Part shown: positions 1 through 12,256 of the stretch, piece after piece
Position numbering within the stretch: position 1 is the first letter of the stretch
Layout of the letters: each line of letters begins with the position of its first letter
Origin: Octopus bimaculoides
Taxonomy: Eukaryota
Assembly (NCBI RefSeq): GCF_001194135.2
Contig: NC_068981.1
Span: 106,511,407-106,552,396 of the forward strand
DNA: 40,990 nt
Direction of reading: 5' to 3'
Position numbers and translations under genes: made by a program
The notes under the pieces: model-generated
Databases searched by the model: none
Told to the model about the DNA's origin: nothing
Seen by the model: only the letters and a program-made list of their open reading frames with translations

Positions 1-40
1 ATGAGGTCACAGAAGTGTGACGAAAGAACTCTGGCCGAAA
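1..40 (+). ncRNA. Possible hammerhead-ribozyme-like core, truncated by the window edge
   Basis: ATGA(1-4), then GGTCA(5-9) pairing with TGGCC(32-36) with one G-U, then GAAA(37-40). This fits the (CUG)AUGA-stemII-GAAA layout. The CUG, stems I/III and the cleavage triplet are not visible in the window. Confidence 0.2.
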
Positions 41-142
41 TAAGATTAAGATTAATGTAATATAAAGCTGAAGCAAATTAACACCAAATATACAGTGCGT
101 GTGTTTTTATTGGCTAAACTGGCAATATGACCATCCCCAAGT

Positions 143-173
<31 letters not shown>

Positions 174-326
174 AAGGTTATGAAGGGTATTGGAGTCAAC
201 CAAACCCTAAAGGTACAGGTAATACCGAGTAAGTGCTGTATACCGACTAGTTTTGCCCCTGATGTGGTTGCAACATGAGTGGGGAATATAACATGGGTCG
301 TGTATTAGCGTGTGTATATATAAAAA

Positions 327-489
327 AGAATAAGTTAAAGAGACCAATGGCATAAGTAAAATTATATTTTATGTATAAAGTCTTACAGCTGTTTCAGGGA
401 AAATTCATTGAATTTTCTCTGAAACAGCTGTAAGACTTTATACATAAAATATAATTTTACTTATGCCATTGGTCTTTTTATCTTATTCT
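327..489. repeat. Long near-perfect palindrome (fold-back element)
   Basis: 341-407 is the reverse complement of 409-475 around a 1-nt centre at 408, with one G:T near the centre. Pairing extends with mismatches to 327/489. Flanked by (TA)n tracts. Confidence 0.95.
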
Positions 490-868
490 CATATATATAT
501 ACATATATATATATATGTATACACACACATGCACACACATATACAGATATATGTGTGGATGTGTGTGGATGTGTGCGCGCATACATGTGTGTATGTATAT
601 ACTCTTTTATTGGTTTGAATCATTAGACTGTGGCAATAATGTTCAAGAGTATAGTTAATTATATGAACTCCACTGCTTGACCGTTACTTATCTTATTATA
701 GAAGGATGAAAGACAAAGTCAACATGTGCTTGATTTGAACTCAGAATGTAAACAGACATATACCAAATACCACAAGGTATTTTATCTCTATGCTCTAACA
801 ATTCCACCATCCGTTGTCCTATACATATTTAATATATCCTCATATGCACATACACACAAACGCCCACA

Positions 869-904
<36 letters not shown>

Positions 905-1121
905 TGTGTAATAATATGTATGTATATATATATACATGTGTGTGTGTGTGTATGTATGTATGTGTATATGTGTATGCATATAAATACATAGTAAATATGT
1001 GTGTGTGTTTATGTCTAATATACACAATTACCATACATACATACATACATACATACATACATACATACATACATACATACATACATACATACATACATAC
1101 ATACATACATACATACATACA
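490..1121. repeat. Compound microsatellite field: (TA)n, (CA)n, (TG)n and (ATAC)n at about 1033-1121
   Basis: Directly visible; the source of the HT/VC/YMYV pseudo-ORFs. Confidence 0.95.
625..750 (-). mobile_element. tRNA-derived SINE fragment
   Basis: gaaggatgaaagacaaagtcaac...tttgaactcagaatgta is the reverse complement of the gtcaactttgccttc-atccttt SINE core at 7370-7410, plus a B-box-like gagttcaaat. Confidence 0.6.
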
Positions 1122-3146
1122 ATAATATTTAATGAAAGTTGAAAGAAAATGAAAATCCAAAATAGATAATTTGATTCTGTCTGATAATCATTTCTAATCT
1201 AACTGATATGATGTGGAAACAAGGAAAAAAAACCTAGCAAATAATTATTTGTTGTTTAAACAAATATCCTTTTGAAGTGAGTTTCTTCTTTGCTTCACTG
1301 ATTTACCCCACCTTCACAATAAACTTTTCAGTATAAAATTATAATAATAAATAAGAAAGAAAAAACATAATGGTTTTGTTCACTTGAAATAATGCTGGAA
1401 AATTCCAATAGGTTGTTTTTTTTTATATAAGGTATTATATTTCTCCGAGAATATCCTTTTTCATTTTTTAGTCATTAATGACAGTGCTAGATTATGTAAA
1501 CTATTAACTTATTACTATTTTTCCTTTGTCTAATTGTTTTCAAAATCAATCAAGTGCTTGTTTAGCCATCCTGTCTTTTACGTTTGCTTATATTTATGTT
1601 TTTTGGTTTTTTTTTTTACATTTCTGAAAATCCAATTAAATTTTAATAAATAGATATAAAAGAAATTATAACTTTCTATTCATTTAATTTCCTTGTAATG
1701 GTTTTATTTCAGTCAAAAAAGTTTAGTAGCACAATCAAGTATCAAAGAATATTGATAAAAAAATCTATAGTCAGCTACATTATTGGTGAGACAGACTGTC
1801 TGATTCCTTACAGGGATTACAAATTTGTTGATTAGAGCCATATTCAAGGTGACTGAGATAAATCTGGTCTCAATTTATTTTTGAAAGAACTTCATTTAAG
1901 ACACAAATGACTTGCAGGAAGGTTTGATTAAGTATCATTTTTATTCTCCTCAACCTTGTCTTATAACTCTAAATCTTCATGTAAATTTAAGAAGTCAATA
2001 CTAATTAGTAATATTATGGAGAATTGTAATAAAAACATGTTTGCTTTCTCAGCCATGGATTGTGAATTAATATGTCGTCTGGAGCAGCATTCCATACTCA
2101 CAGATATGTTGCGATGATACAAAATGGGGTCAGTTCTGTTGCTGACAAGCAATTTAGGGGTGTATATTTTAAATCTAGCTATGCACTGTGTCGCAAATCA
2201 GCTCCCGGTAAAATTGTTGTTATGACCTGAGTGGATAGCAACCAGTGAAACTTGAGCACAAATAAATCAGATTGGCTTATAAATCACCAAAAAAGAAAAA
2301 AAGCGATTTCCACTGTGATGTGAAAGACCTAACCAAATCACTCTAACCAAGATTGACACTGAAACAATGATCTATCATATTGTAACAAATATAAGCTGAA
2401 TTTTGATAAGGTTGTAAGTGTTATAGGTACCTGATTTCTATGTGTATGACAGTTAACAGAATTCATAAGTAGCCATTAGTCAAGGCTGAGAGACATCAAA
2501 GTAATAGAACTATGTAACCAGAAATGACTCCTACCAAAGTAGAATAAATAAATAGATAAATAATAATAATAATAATGATGATGAGGATGATGATGAAACC
2601 CGATGCCTTTGCAACTGCAATTTTTTTAACTATTGGATTTGGTGTGGAGTAAAGGGCTGAGCCCATGGCTTCACAGGTTCCCTAAGCCTGATGACATCAA
2701 TAATGTTAACATTCCACTTGAACAGTTCCAAGCACTTTTGTTGGAGATGTTTTTGATACATAATAAATTAATGATAATAATGAAAAACTGGCATTAGATC
2801 AATTTAAGGATTCTCACTCACTAAAATAATGCAATATTATGATTCTACCATTGGATTGCATTATTAACAGAACAGCCTCCAAAATAATGTTACAAATGTC
2901 ACCTGTGAGTTCTCATATGACTTGAATCATTTTGTCACAATATCACACATATTGAATTAAATTTATTTGCATGTTGTTATTGTTGCTTTTGTTGATCAGT
3001 TTTGACTGGGAATGCCTATGATCAAAGTCATTCCACCGTCACTGTTCTAGGCTTTTTCAGACGTGTCCTTTATTTTTAAAGATACTAGAGTGTGATTTGG
3101 CCATTGTTTTTGGTATATCAACAGACTGCACATAGAATCCTATTTG

Positions 3147-3338
3147 CTATGGGAAAGTGGACTTGTGAACATGAATTTTTTCTGGCAAGCAAGTATGAAT
3201 CTTAAGTACTATGTCATCAGCAAAATATGCAAAGGAAAATGTAGAACCATTGTTGTTAATAGCAATTTTTGAAGGGAGCCTGGTGTATAAGTGGTATTTT
3301 ATCCTTTGTTTGTAACAAACAAATGGCTTTAACAACAT
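3147..3338 (-). mobile_element. Ancient LINE reverse-transcriptase remnant
   Basis: Minus frame contains FAYFADDIVL, resembling the RT (Y/F)ADD catalytic motif; flanks are degraded. Confidence 0.35.
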
Positions 3339-6300
3339 ATTTGTGCACTATAATTTATGAATAATAACACTGTAGTATTGTAATTCAGCAACAGTTATAG
3401 AATACACTACTGGTGCCAGATCTATATTTATCAACAACTGCATCGTGACTGCATAATAGTTATTTAGAGAGAAAAAAAGTTAAGAAATTAGGCAAATGGG
3501 CTCATTTCTTTACTTCATTACTTAGTTTGCTAGAAATAGTTGTTAAATTCTTCTCACACCATCTTATGAAATGGAAGAACAGATATTTAGATCTTTATTT
3601 GCTTTTAGTAGGTGAGGTGTGGATAGACTGAGATACATTATCTGAAAACAAGGTGTGAGGATCATGGTTGGATTACGTTTTATCCAAGGTTTCCTTGATT
3701 GGGTTGATTTAGAATTTTTAAATGTTGCATTTGCTAAACTACCTCATTCTTAATACTCTCTAATATCTGCTAACAATCCCCTCTATCTTTATTTGCCACT
3801 CAAACTCTCTCTCTCTCACTAACCCCTGACACCTCTTTCCTTTTACTTCCTATTACCCATTTCTTTAACATTATGTCTGTTAGTATCTCTTCCACTACCC
3901 TCTCTCAAGAATAAACCTGTAACAACTGGATTTGATCCCACATTTTGCCACATACAATTTGATCATGTGTGCAAACCCAATTGTTATCCAAACACTGGTT
4001 GTTGTTCACATGATAGCCTGGTGGCATGACTAGAACCTTCTGTGAACACAGCCTGCAAATACAGCTCAATTGAACACCAAAACTCCAGAATGATTCAGTT
4101 CTTGATGGCTTTCATTGTTCACATGATGTTTTCACATCTGCATATTCAACCTGAAATGATTGAAGAAGACACACCACAACAACAAGAATATATACTGATA
4201 TATAAAAGTTAGGCTGGATGTTGAATTTCTGATGAAGACGTTCTGTACTTGTCACATTTGTTTTATCTGAATATTCCTTTTCTTGTATCGCACAGACACT
4301 TTCTATATTAATGTAGTAATAAATCATGTTTATATACATAAAAACAAGCCTTCCTCACATGCTACAAACCTATGTAACTTTCTTGGCTTCTAACAGTCTG
4401 TTTAACCCAATTAGGCATAACAAACAGACTGAAACATCCGGGCACTAGGTCTACCTAATCAATCCAGTTCATCACCATTGCACTTTGTCTCCCCCCATCT
4501 CCTTCACATTAATCCCTGGCATTACTCTTCCTCTCCCTCTTTCCCTTCTTCTTCCCTTCTTGCATGTCTCCTCCGTTACTTGCATCACAACTTTGTTCCC
4601 AGTGTTATTCTCTCCTCTACCATTCTCTCATAACAATAAATTTCTTTCATGCTGTGAGTTAAAAGGTGATCCTTACCACTCCACCAGTACTTGTGCTCCT
4701 CACCCAAAGCACTGCACACATTCTATGAATAGTTGTTAATCGATTTGACCAGTAACAACGCAAAGCTTTAGTTGTGTTACTGCAGTAAAACAAAATGCAC
4801 CCAGTACACTCTCTGTTAAGTGGTTGGTGTTAGAAATGGCATCTTGCTATAGAAAACATACCAAATGTTAGACAAAACAGCAAAATATAGTCTTCTGACT
4901 CACTGTGCCAACATGGAAAAATGAATGTAAAATAATTATGATGATGATGCTGATGATGATGAGTTTCATTGTTGTTGTTGCTATTGTTACTGATGAAGTT
5001 GTTGTTCACACTAACAGAAAAAACATCCTTGCTCTTGGCTCTGTGAAATTTCCTAATTTTTCAGTTTTCATTCAAATTGGGATGTGGTTTTATTAAAATT
5101 TTGTCATTTTTACAGAACAAACCAACTTCTTTTTTGGTGTGATTTTTACCCCTTTTGCACAAATCCAACATTTGGAGGAATCATTCAATTTTAAACTTTG
5201 TATTTGCAAATTTAGTGTTTGGTGGTGGTGGTGGTGGTGGTGGTTATCAGTTTTCTTGAAAAAAAGTCATGGATCCTTGTGAGGAGAAAAAGAGTTTAAT
5301 TAAAATAAATAGTGAGAGATGCAGAAAGATGAAGTTGTCTAATGTCTGCTTTAGTAACAACAATACTTTTGTAGCCATAGCAACAACAAACATCACAGAG
5401 AAGAATTTGATATTATTTGCTTAGGAATAACCTTTTGTACTAAAGAAAAATATCATTAACAACAACTAAAACAAGGACAACAACTGCATTAGAAAACATT
5501 TTTAAAAGGCACAACAACAACTGGAGACATACTAACAACAGAAACATCAACGACAATCACAGCAACAGTGACTGATACGCATACAGCAAGAACAACAGCA
5601 ACAAGAGAAGAAACAGTAACAACACCTGTAGCAAGAGCTGAATAATCAACAAACACAGCAAAAACAACAATTCACCAATGAATCCCTCAACTACACACAG
5701 TTCTACAAAATAGTTCGCAAACCTTTTCAAGTATTTTTATTTGTTTGAAAGGTTTTGCCTTGATTTTTTAAATAGTCTAATTGCAGTAGGTCGCTCAAGT
5801 CATATTTAGAAAGATTTGTACTTAGAAATACTTGCAGAAAGGATTAATATAATTTGCCCACAATTTCAGATGACTACAATGGATCACAGACTTGTAACAG
5901 AACAGTCAAACAAGAACAAACTAATAGAAATGAGCCTGGCTACTGAAAACCAAAAATACTGTTTCTGGCATGGAAACATTTCACTGACCAAATTAGTGAA
6001 CTGGTTAAATAAGAATTGATGGGAATTTCACAGAGCTAAGAGCAAGCATACCTTTTCTGTCAGTGTAAACAAGGCACAGATTGCTATGTTTGGATGGTCT
6101 GCCCTGTAAACTCTGTTTCTACTCACCAGACTTGTTCACTTCTGTCTTAGCAGACGTCTGTTACAGCTAGTGATAAACTGGAAGCACTCTCAGTTGAGTT
6201 AGCTGCTGAAAAAGAACATGAACAAAGAGGTGACTGAAAAATGTTGGTCATAACTCTGCTCACCACAGAGTTAAAGGTACTTGCCAAGTGGCTAAAACTT

Positions 6301-6443
6301 GCTGTTGGTCAGCAATATCATCTCTGGCAGATCTATCCACAACAACCTCCTCCACATGCAATACAATGTGGATTGGGTCAGAAAAAGATCTAGCTTCAGT
6401 GGACACCAATCAGTTTGAATCAGTCTAAAGTTTTAACAGACTT

Positions 6444-6609
6444 GACAAAGTGGCTGTGTTGTAAGAAGCTTACTTCCCAACCACATAGTTTCAGGTTCAG
6501 TCCCACTATGTGGCACCTTGGGCAAGTGTCTTCTATTATAGTCTCAGGCTGACCAAAGCCATGTAAGTTGATTTGGTAGATGGAAACTGAAAGAAGCATA
6601 TTGTATATA

Positions 6610-6640
<31 letters not shown>

Positions 6641-6790
6641 CTTTATGTCTGTGTTTATCCCCTCACGATTACTTGACAACCAGTGTTGGTGTGTTTGTAT
6701 CCCTGTAACTTAGCAGTTTGGCAAAAGAGACTGATAGAATAAGTACCAGGCTTAAAAATAAACCCTGGGGTCGATTTGTTCAACTAAAGG
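6444..6790 (+). mobile_element. tRNA-derived SINE (octopus-type), near full length with internal (GT)n
   Basis: A-box-like tggctgtgttg (6451) and B-box-like ggttcagtcc. Body ggcaccttgggcaagtgtcttcta...ggaaactgaaagaagc; 3' part gatagaataagtaccagg...ggggtcgatttgtt. Confidence 0.8.
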
Positions 6791-7305
6791 GGGAGAGGGA
6801 GAGAGAGAGAGAGAGAGAGAGAGNNNNNNNNNNTTTTTGTGATGGATTTCCCCTACACCACCCTAGATGGTCTTTTTCACTTTGGAGGAACTTTTCTCAT
6901 TGAAATTCTGCATTGTTATAGTTTTTTTTTTGTTTTGTTGACTATTTTTTTTTATTTGATGTAAAACTCATTTTTTGTGTTTGTGTTGTTTTCCTTGAAT
7001 TGCCTGCCCTTGTAGCCAATAAAAGAAAGCTTTACTGTTATCATTATTATTATTGAGTGAGAGAGCAGTGCACGCCATCAAAGTGACACTGGGGTAAAAC
7101 ATACAAATCCCAGTATACCCATCAGGACTACCCGTCTGATAAGGGTACACCAGGCACATGCATCACAACCACATGTGCATGACATGGAAGTCTCATATCA
7201 AGATAAACAGCACATGCCTTGCAGGTGGGGCCCAGTTAGAATTTTCTTCAGGTTCAGTAGCCCGTTCCACTCAAAAGGTCCCTGAATAAGGGTATTATTA
7301 TTATT

Positions 7306-7340
<35 letters not shown>

Positions 7341-7359
7341 TGTCGTCATTATCAATACT

Positions 7360-7492
7360 ATTCAACCAAGGTCAACTTTGCCTTCTATCCTTTCAAGGTT
7401 GATAAAATAAGTACCAGTTGAGCACTGGGTTGATGTAATTGACTTAGCTCCTCCCTTGAAACTACTGGCTTTGTGCTAAAATTTGGAACCAT
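7360..7492 (+). mobile_element. SINE core/3' fragment
   Basis: gtcaactttgccttctatcctttcaaggttgataaaataagtaccagttg recurs in reverse orientation near 660-720, 15600-15665 and 20545-20600. Confidence 0.7.
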
Positions 7493-7504
7493 TATTACTA
7501 TTAC

Positions 7505-7552
<48 letters not shown>

Positions 7553-7554
<2 letters not shown>

Positions 7555-8010
7555 GAAAACTCACAACTTATTTTGCTGGGTATGATGGAAAGTGTCAGCT
7601 GCCCACAACTAGCAGACTAAGGTGACATTCGTTTACTGGTTGTGCTTCAAGAACTCTGCAAAGAATTCTTGCAGTTCCAAGAAATGCTGATTTTTGTAGG
7701 TGTTCTACCTTCACACTTGCACCAATCTTTTTCAGCAATGTTGGTAGTTGAGTGCTGATACTTCCAAGTGCGCCAATTACTACTGGTATCACGTCTACTC
7801 TTTTCACTAGCCACAGCCTTCATATTTCCCATTTTAAATCATTGTAGTTGTTTATTTTTTGTTCTTCTTTCCTATTGATCCTGTTGTCACCAAGGCACGC
7901 TATGTCGATAATCATACATGTTCTTTCTTTTTAAGAAACATGTATAATCATACATGTTCTTTTCTTTTCACCACGACAATGTCCAGTTTCCTATGTCTGG
8001 TCAGGTGGTC
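7553..8010 (-). mobile_element. R4/Dong/Rex6-like non-LTR retrotransposon, 3' end with RLE endonuclease domain
   Basis: Minus translation DHLTRHRKLDIVVV...IIDIA..GD...KEEQKINNYNDLKWEI*RLW..KRVDVIPVVIGALG...LQKSAFLGTARILCRVLE matches the PD-(D/E)xK RLE C-terminus. The 3' end runs into (TAA)n at about 7495-7552. Confidence 0.85.
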
Positions 8011-8020
8011 ATTATTATTA

Positions 8021-8645
8021 TTATTAACTCCGCCTTAGTGAAGGCAGAAGTATTGCTTTCGGTCGGGTTTGTTTATTTGTTTGTCCATAGACAAAATAGC
8101 TCAAGAACCACTGGATGGATTCAGATGACACTTACTGGGATGTTTGGCCTCATGACTGGCACAAACTGATTAGATTTTGGGATCAAACCAGTGACAGACA
8201 AGGATTCTCGAATATTTGTTATATTTACTTTACTTTACATGATTATGATCTTACATCAACTTTCAAGTCTTTCTCAATTATCTCCATTTAGGCTGTTTCT
8301 AAACTTTTATTTTCATTTCTCTATTATTAATTTTACTCGTGTCTCTATCTTAGTGGAAACTGATGGATAAAGAAATCTAACTACATAAACAAATGGCAGC
8401 AAAACCATTCAGAAATTAAATAACACTAACATGTTTTTATAATATACAAATTATTTATTATACATACATATTAACACTGTACAGCATACTTACATATATA
8501 CATACATCTATACATCGATCTAAAACAACAGGAATGCTAAAGGAAAGCCGGAATTTAAGAGAAGAGAAAACCAAAAGGTCTCATGCTATTCATTAAAAAA
8601 TTCCTGAGTAGAAATTATTATTACCTCCACCTTTGAAACTATTTT
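8021..8645 (+). mobile_element. Helentron/DINE-1-like non-autonomous element; right end probably continues to about 9630 after the MITE
   Basis: Starts ttattaactccgcc-ttagtg-aaggcagaag (stem-loop) followed by short gtttgtttatttgtttgtcc repeats. The start motif recurs as ttattacctccacc at 8618-8631. Family assignment is by resemblance only. Confidence 0.45.
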
Positions 8646-9610
8646 GGGATCTTTGGGGTTTGACGGGCAACATTTGTTTTCTTAATGAAACACTTTCAAA
8701 CTTGGGACACTGATAGAATGTGTCATATAAAACAACTTCTTCTCTTAACCTTCTTAACAAAACTTTGTACATCGCAAGTTATTTCATGTTAAAGTTGTCG
8801 TATTTCTGTAATTTCAACCAATCACTGACGTCTATTCAGCTGAATACAGTTACCACTAGCCGGNNNNNNNNNNNNNNNNNNNNNNNNNNNNNNNNNNNNN
8901 NNNNNNNNNNNNNNNNNNNNNNNNNNNNNNNNNNNNNNNNNNNNNNNNNNNNNNNNNNNNNNNNNNNNNNNNNNNNNNNNNNNNNNNNNNNNNNNNNNNN
9001 NNNNNNNNNNNNNNNNNNNNNNNNNNNNNNNNNNNNNNNNNNNNNNNNNNNNNNNNNNNNNNNNNNNNNNNNNNNNNNNNNNNNNNNNNNNNNNNNNNNN
9101 NNNNNNNNNNNNNNNNNNNNNNNNNNNNNNNNNNNNNNNNNNNNNNNNNNNNNNNNNNNNNNNNNNNNNNNNNNNNNNNNNNNNNNNNNNNNNNNNNNNN
9201 NNNNNNNNNNNNNNNNNNNNNNNNNNNNNNNNNNNNNNNNNNNNNNNNNNNNNNNNNNNNNNNNNNNNNNNNNNNNNNNNNNNNNNNNNNNNNNNNNNNN
9301 NNNNNNNNNNNNNNNNNNNNNNNNNNNNNNNNNNNNNNNNNNNNNNNNNNNNNNNNNNNNNNNNNNNNNNNNNNNNNNNNNNNNNNNNNNNNNNNNNNNN
9401 NNNNNNNNNNNNAAACTGTTTTCAACTGAATAGACGTCAGTGATTAGTTGAAATTATCGAAATAAGACAATTTTTAACGTGAAATAACTTCGAATACAAA
9501 ATTTTTTATCTGTTCTATACCACAAAATATACAAGTATACGAAGTTTGAAAGTGTTTCGGTACCAAAAACACTACATAAAAAATGTTGCCCGTCAAACCC
9601 TAAAGATCCC
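8646..9610. mobile_element. MITE / non-autonomous DNA transposon with long TIRs and 6-bp TSD (TATTTT)
   Basis: The outer 30 bp match 29/30 as inverted repeats (gggatctttrgggtttgacgggcaacattt). Further inverted blocks run inward to the central N gap. tatttt is present at 8640-8645 and 9611-9616. Confidence 0.9.
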
Positions 9611-9654
9611 TATTTTGAATGGAGAATTTGTTAACTTTGGCTTGGATTAGATAA

Positions 9655-11810
9655 AGATAAACAATTCATTACTTTCCTCTTTTGATCTGCATAATCTCCA
9701 CTGGGAATCTACTTGATTTTTGTCTATCTTGGCTTTTATCCAATTAGTCTTTAATGCTTGGATCTTGTGCAGCTAATAACAAACTTTTTGTCTCCCTCTT
9801 CAGCTTTCTTTTCTGCAACCATAACCATATCTCACTACTACTATTTGTTGAAACTCTTTTTGAGAATCTACGATGCAACATTTCTGTTCTTTTTTCTGGT
9901 TTTTAACTTCGTTTGGGTTTTTGGTTTCCCTATCTTTTGCTGTGACTCTAGCAGCTTTTAATAAACTTTCTTCACTATTACCTACATAAGAGTCTATATC
10001 CACTCTAGCTAACTCAACACAGTCTTCTACTGATATTAACTCTTTTCCACCTTCCTTTCTTGGTAGGTATAATCTTGCAATTCCTGCCCTTAGGTGGAGT
10101 CCTCTATTCATATGGAATTCCTTCCTAGTTCTTTTGCGTAGCTTTGCTAATTCAGTTTTTGTCCAATCTACAAAAGCTGCTGAGTATCCAAGTAATGATA
10201 CTGCTCAAGTATTTACAGCCTTCACTAGATTCAGACCATTTAGCTTTGACTTCATTAGCTTTCTCACTCTTCTGATGTACTCTGTCTCAATTTTTGTTTC
10301 CATTTCTGTAGTTAGTACCCTGTCAGACTCTAATATTCCTAGATTCTTATAACTCTTTCCTCCTTTCAATGATTTTAATGTTTGGCCATCTGGTAATTGG
10401 ATGCCTTCGCTGTTGACTACCTGTCCTCTTCTCATGACTAATATTGCACACTTATCTATGCCAAAATCCATTTCATTCTTACTAAAAAGCTTTAGATCAT
10501 CCATGTAGAGCAAATGGTTAATTTTTTCCTTACTATTTCTGAACTGATACCCTGCCTTTGTCTTCTTTAATACTAAACTGAGAGAGATCAAACATAAGAG
10601 AAATATTAAAAGGGAAAACGAGTCCCCCTGGAAAATTCCTCTTTTGGTATTAACTTTTTCTAAAAGTGTTTCACCTGAGTAGAGATCTACATAGCATTTC
10701 TTCAGGTTATAGCTAATTTATTTTCGTATGTTGTCTGCTATACTGAATATGCTCAAACATTTACTTATCCACAAGTGTGTGATCATGTCATAGGCTTTCC
10801 TATAATTTATCCATGCTATTGTTAATTTTTTCTTTTTAGCTTCTACTTCATTTAGAACTGCTTTGTCTATGTATAACAGACCATGCATTCTTCTAGCCTT
10901 CTTCCTGCAACCTTTCTGTTCTTCTGGCAGTGAATTTTGGTTGTCAAGGTGCTCGTAAATGCTTTCTGAAAGCATCCCTACTATCAGCTTCCACACTAAT
11001 CATAAGCAAGTGATTGGTCTTTTATCACTCCCTCTAGTCATCCAATCTGGTATTATTCCTCTATTAAGGCAATCTTGAAGTTGCTTCCTCAGTCTCCTAT
11101 GTAAACTACTAAATTTCTTTAGCCAGTACCCTTGAACTAAATCTGGTCCCTTCCAATTTGGCATTTTTCCTAACACTTTACTCATTAATGCACTAGTTAA
11201 TCTTAGATCTGGCTATTTCTCACTCACTACTTCTTCCCTCACTTTCTTTAACCATACTGCATCTTCATTGTGATTGACTGGCTTATCCCAAATATTACTT
11301 CAGAACTTTCTAGCTTCTTCTGCATTAGGTTTCCCATCTTTAGTACTTTGTTCTCCACTATTTATTTGGTCATAAAATCTCCTCTGGTCTGTCTCAAATA
11401 ATCTATTCTGTTGATACTGATCTATTCTTTTCTGATATCTTGCCTGCTACTGCTATGATACGCTATTTCAACTCTTCTATTACTGTCCCAAATCCTTTCT
11501 TTTTGACCAAGTATCTTTTCTCGAGGGAAGATTTGAATCTTGTGTTTCCTAACTTGTTCAGTTTCCAGGCTTATATTCTACTCAGATCTTATCTTAAAGT
11601 TTTCATTTTATTTTGTAGTCTCCTTTACCACATTTGCTCTTTTTTAATCTTTCTCTGTGAGATATCTAATCATCTGGTGACTACTACCTCTCCTTCATTG
11701 ATCAGTAAATTAGTGTCTCCTATATTTTTAGTATCTATCCTACTGATAACACAATCTACTTTCCTAGTCATTTCCTAGCTTCCTTCTGTTGATGCCTTTT
11801 CTTACTTCTT
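9655..11810 (-). mobile_element. R4/Dong/Rex6-like non-LTR retrotransposon body (RT domain), decayed
   Basis: Ordered minus-strand motifs: QNRLFETDQRRFY, KMPNWKGPD..GYWLK, RPITCL, EEQKGCRK, AWINYRKAYD, RGIFQGDSFSP, NHLLYMDDLKLF, YKNLGILE, RLYLPRKEGG, LLLAAQD. Multiple stops and frameshifts. Confidence 0.92.
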
Positions 11811-11826
11811 TACTCTTACTTCCTGC

Positions 11827-11863
<37 letters not shown>

Positions 11864-12224
11864 TATTACTGACTCTAAAACCATGCACATATTTTATTTT
11901 GCTCTGAAACTCAACTGTATTTATAGTATTATCAAATAAAATTTTCTTTACAGCACTTGCTAAAAAAATATAATAATTACCTAAGGGAAATAATTTTACT
12001 CACAGTAGATAACAAAAGAGGCTTGTTTTTAGAGATTTTTTATCGTATTTTCACTTTCAAACTGGTCATCAAACACAGGACAAGACAAAATATTGTGTTC
12101 GCAAATAAGGAAAGTACAGCAACACAAAAACAAAATTTATCACTGAATGAACAAAGAGTGAAAAAAATGAACATTTAAATAACAGGAAAAAATGGTCCAA
12201 ATAGACCTACAATTAACTGTAATG

Positions 12225-12256
<32 letters not shown>

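Noticed and set aside
726-1160. ORFs rich in HT, VC, YIHT and MYV repeats (also 18453-18892, 27280-27593, 35895-36252, 24297-24738)
   Set aside because: Translations of di-, tri- and tetranucleotide microsatellites.
6127-6205. Minus-strand segment with strong acceptor and donor; idea of stop-codon removal by A-to-I editing
   Set aside because: All three frames contain stops, and nothing in the sequence supports editing rescue.
6444-6520. tRNA gene
   Set aside because: It is the tRNA-derived head of a SINE; no cloverleaf or terminator.
9758-11778. Plus-strand hydrophobic ORFs (9758, 10134, 11440)
   Set aside because: Antisense shadows of the R4 coding strand.
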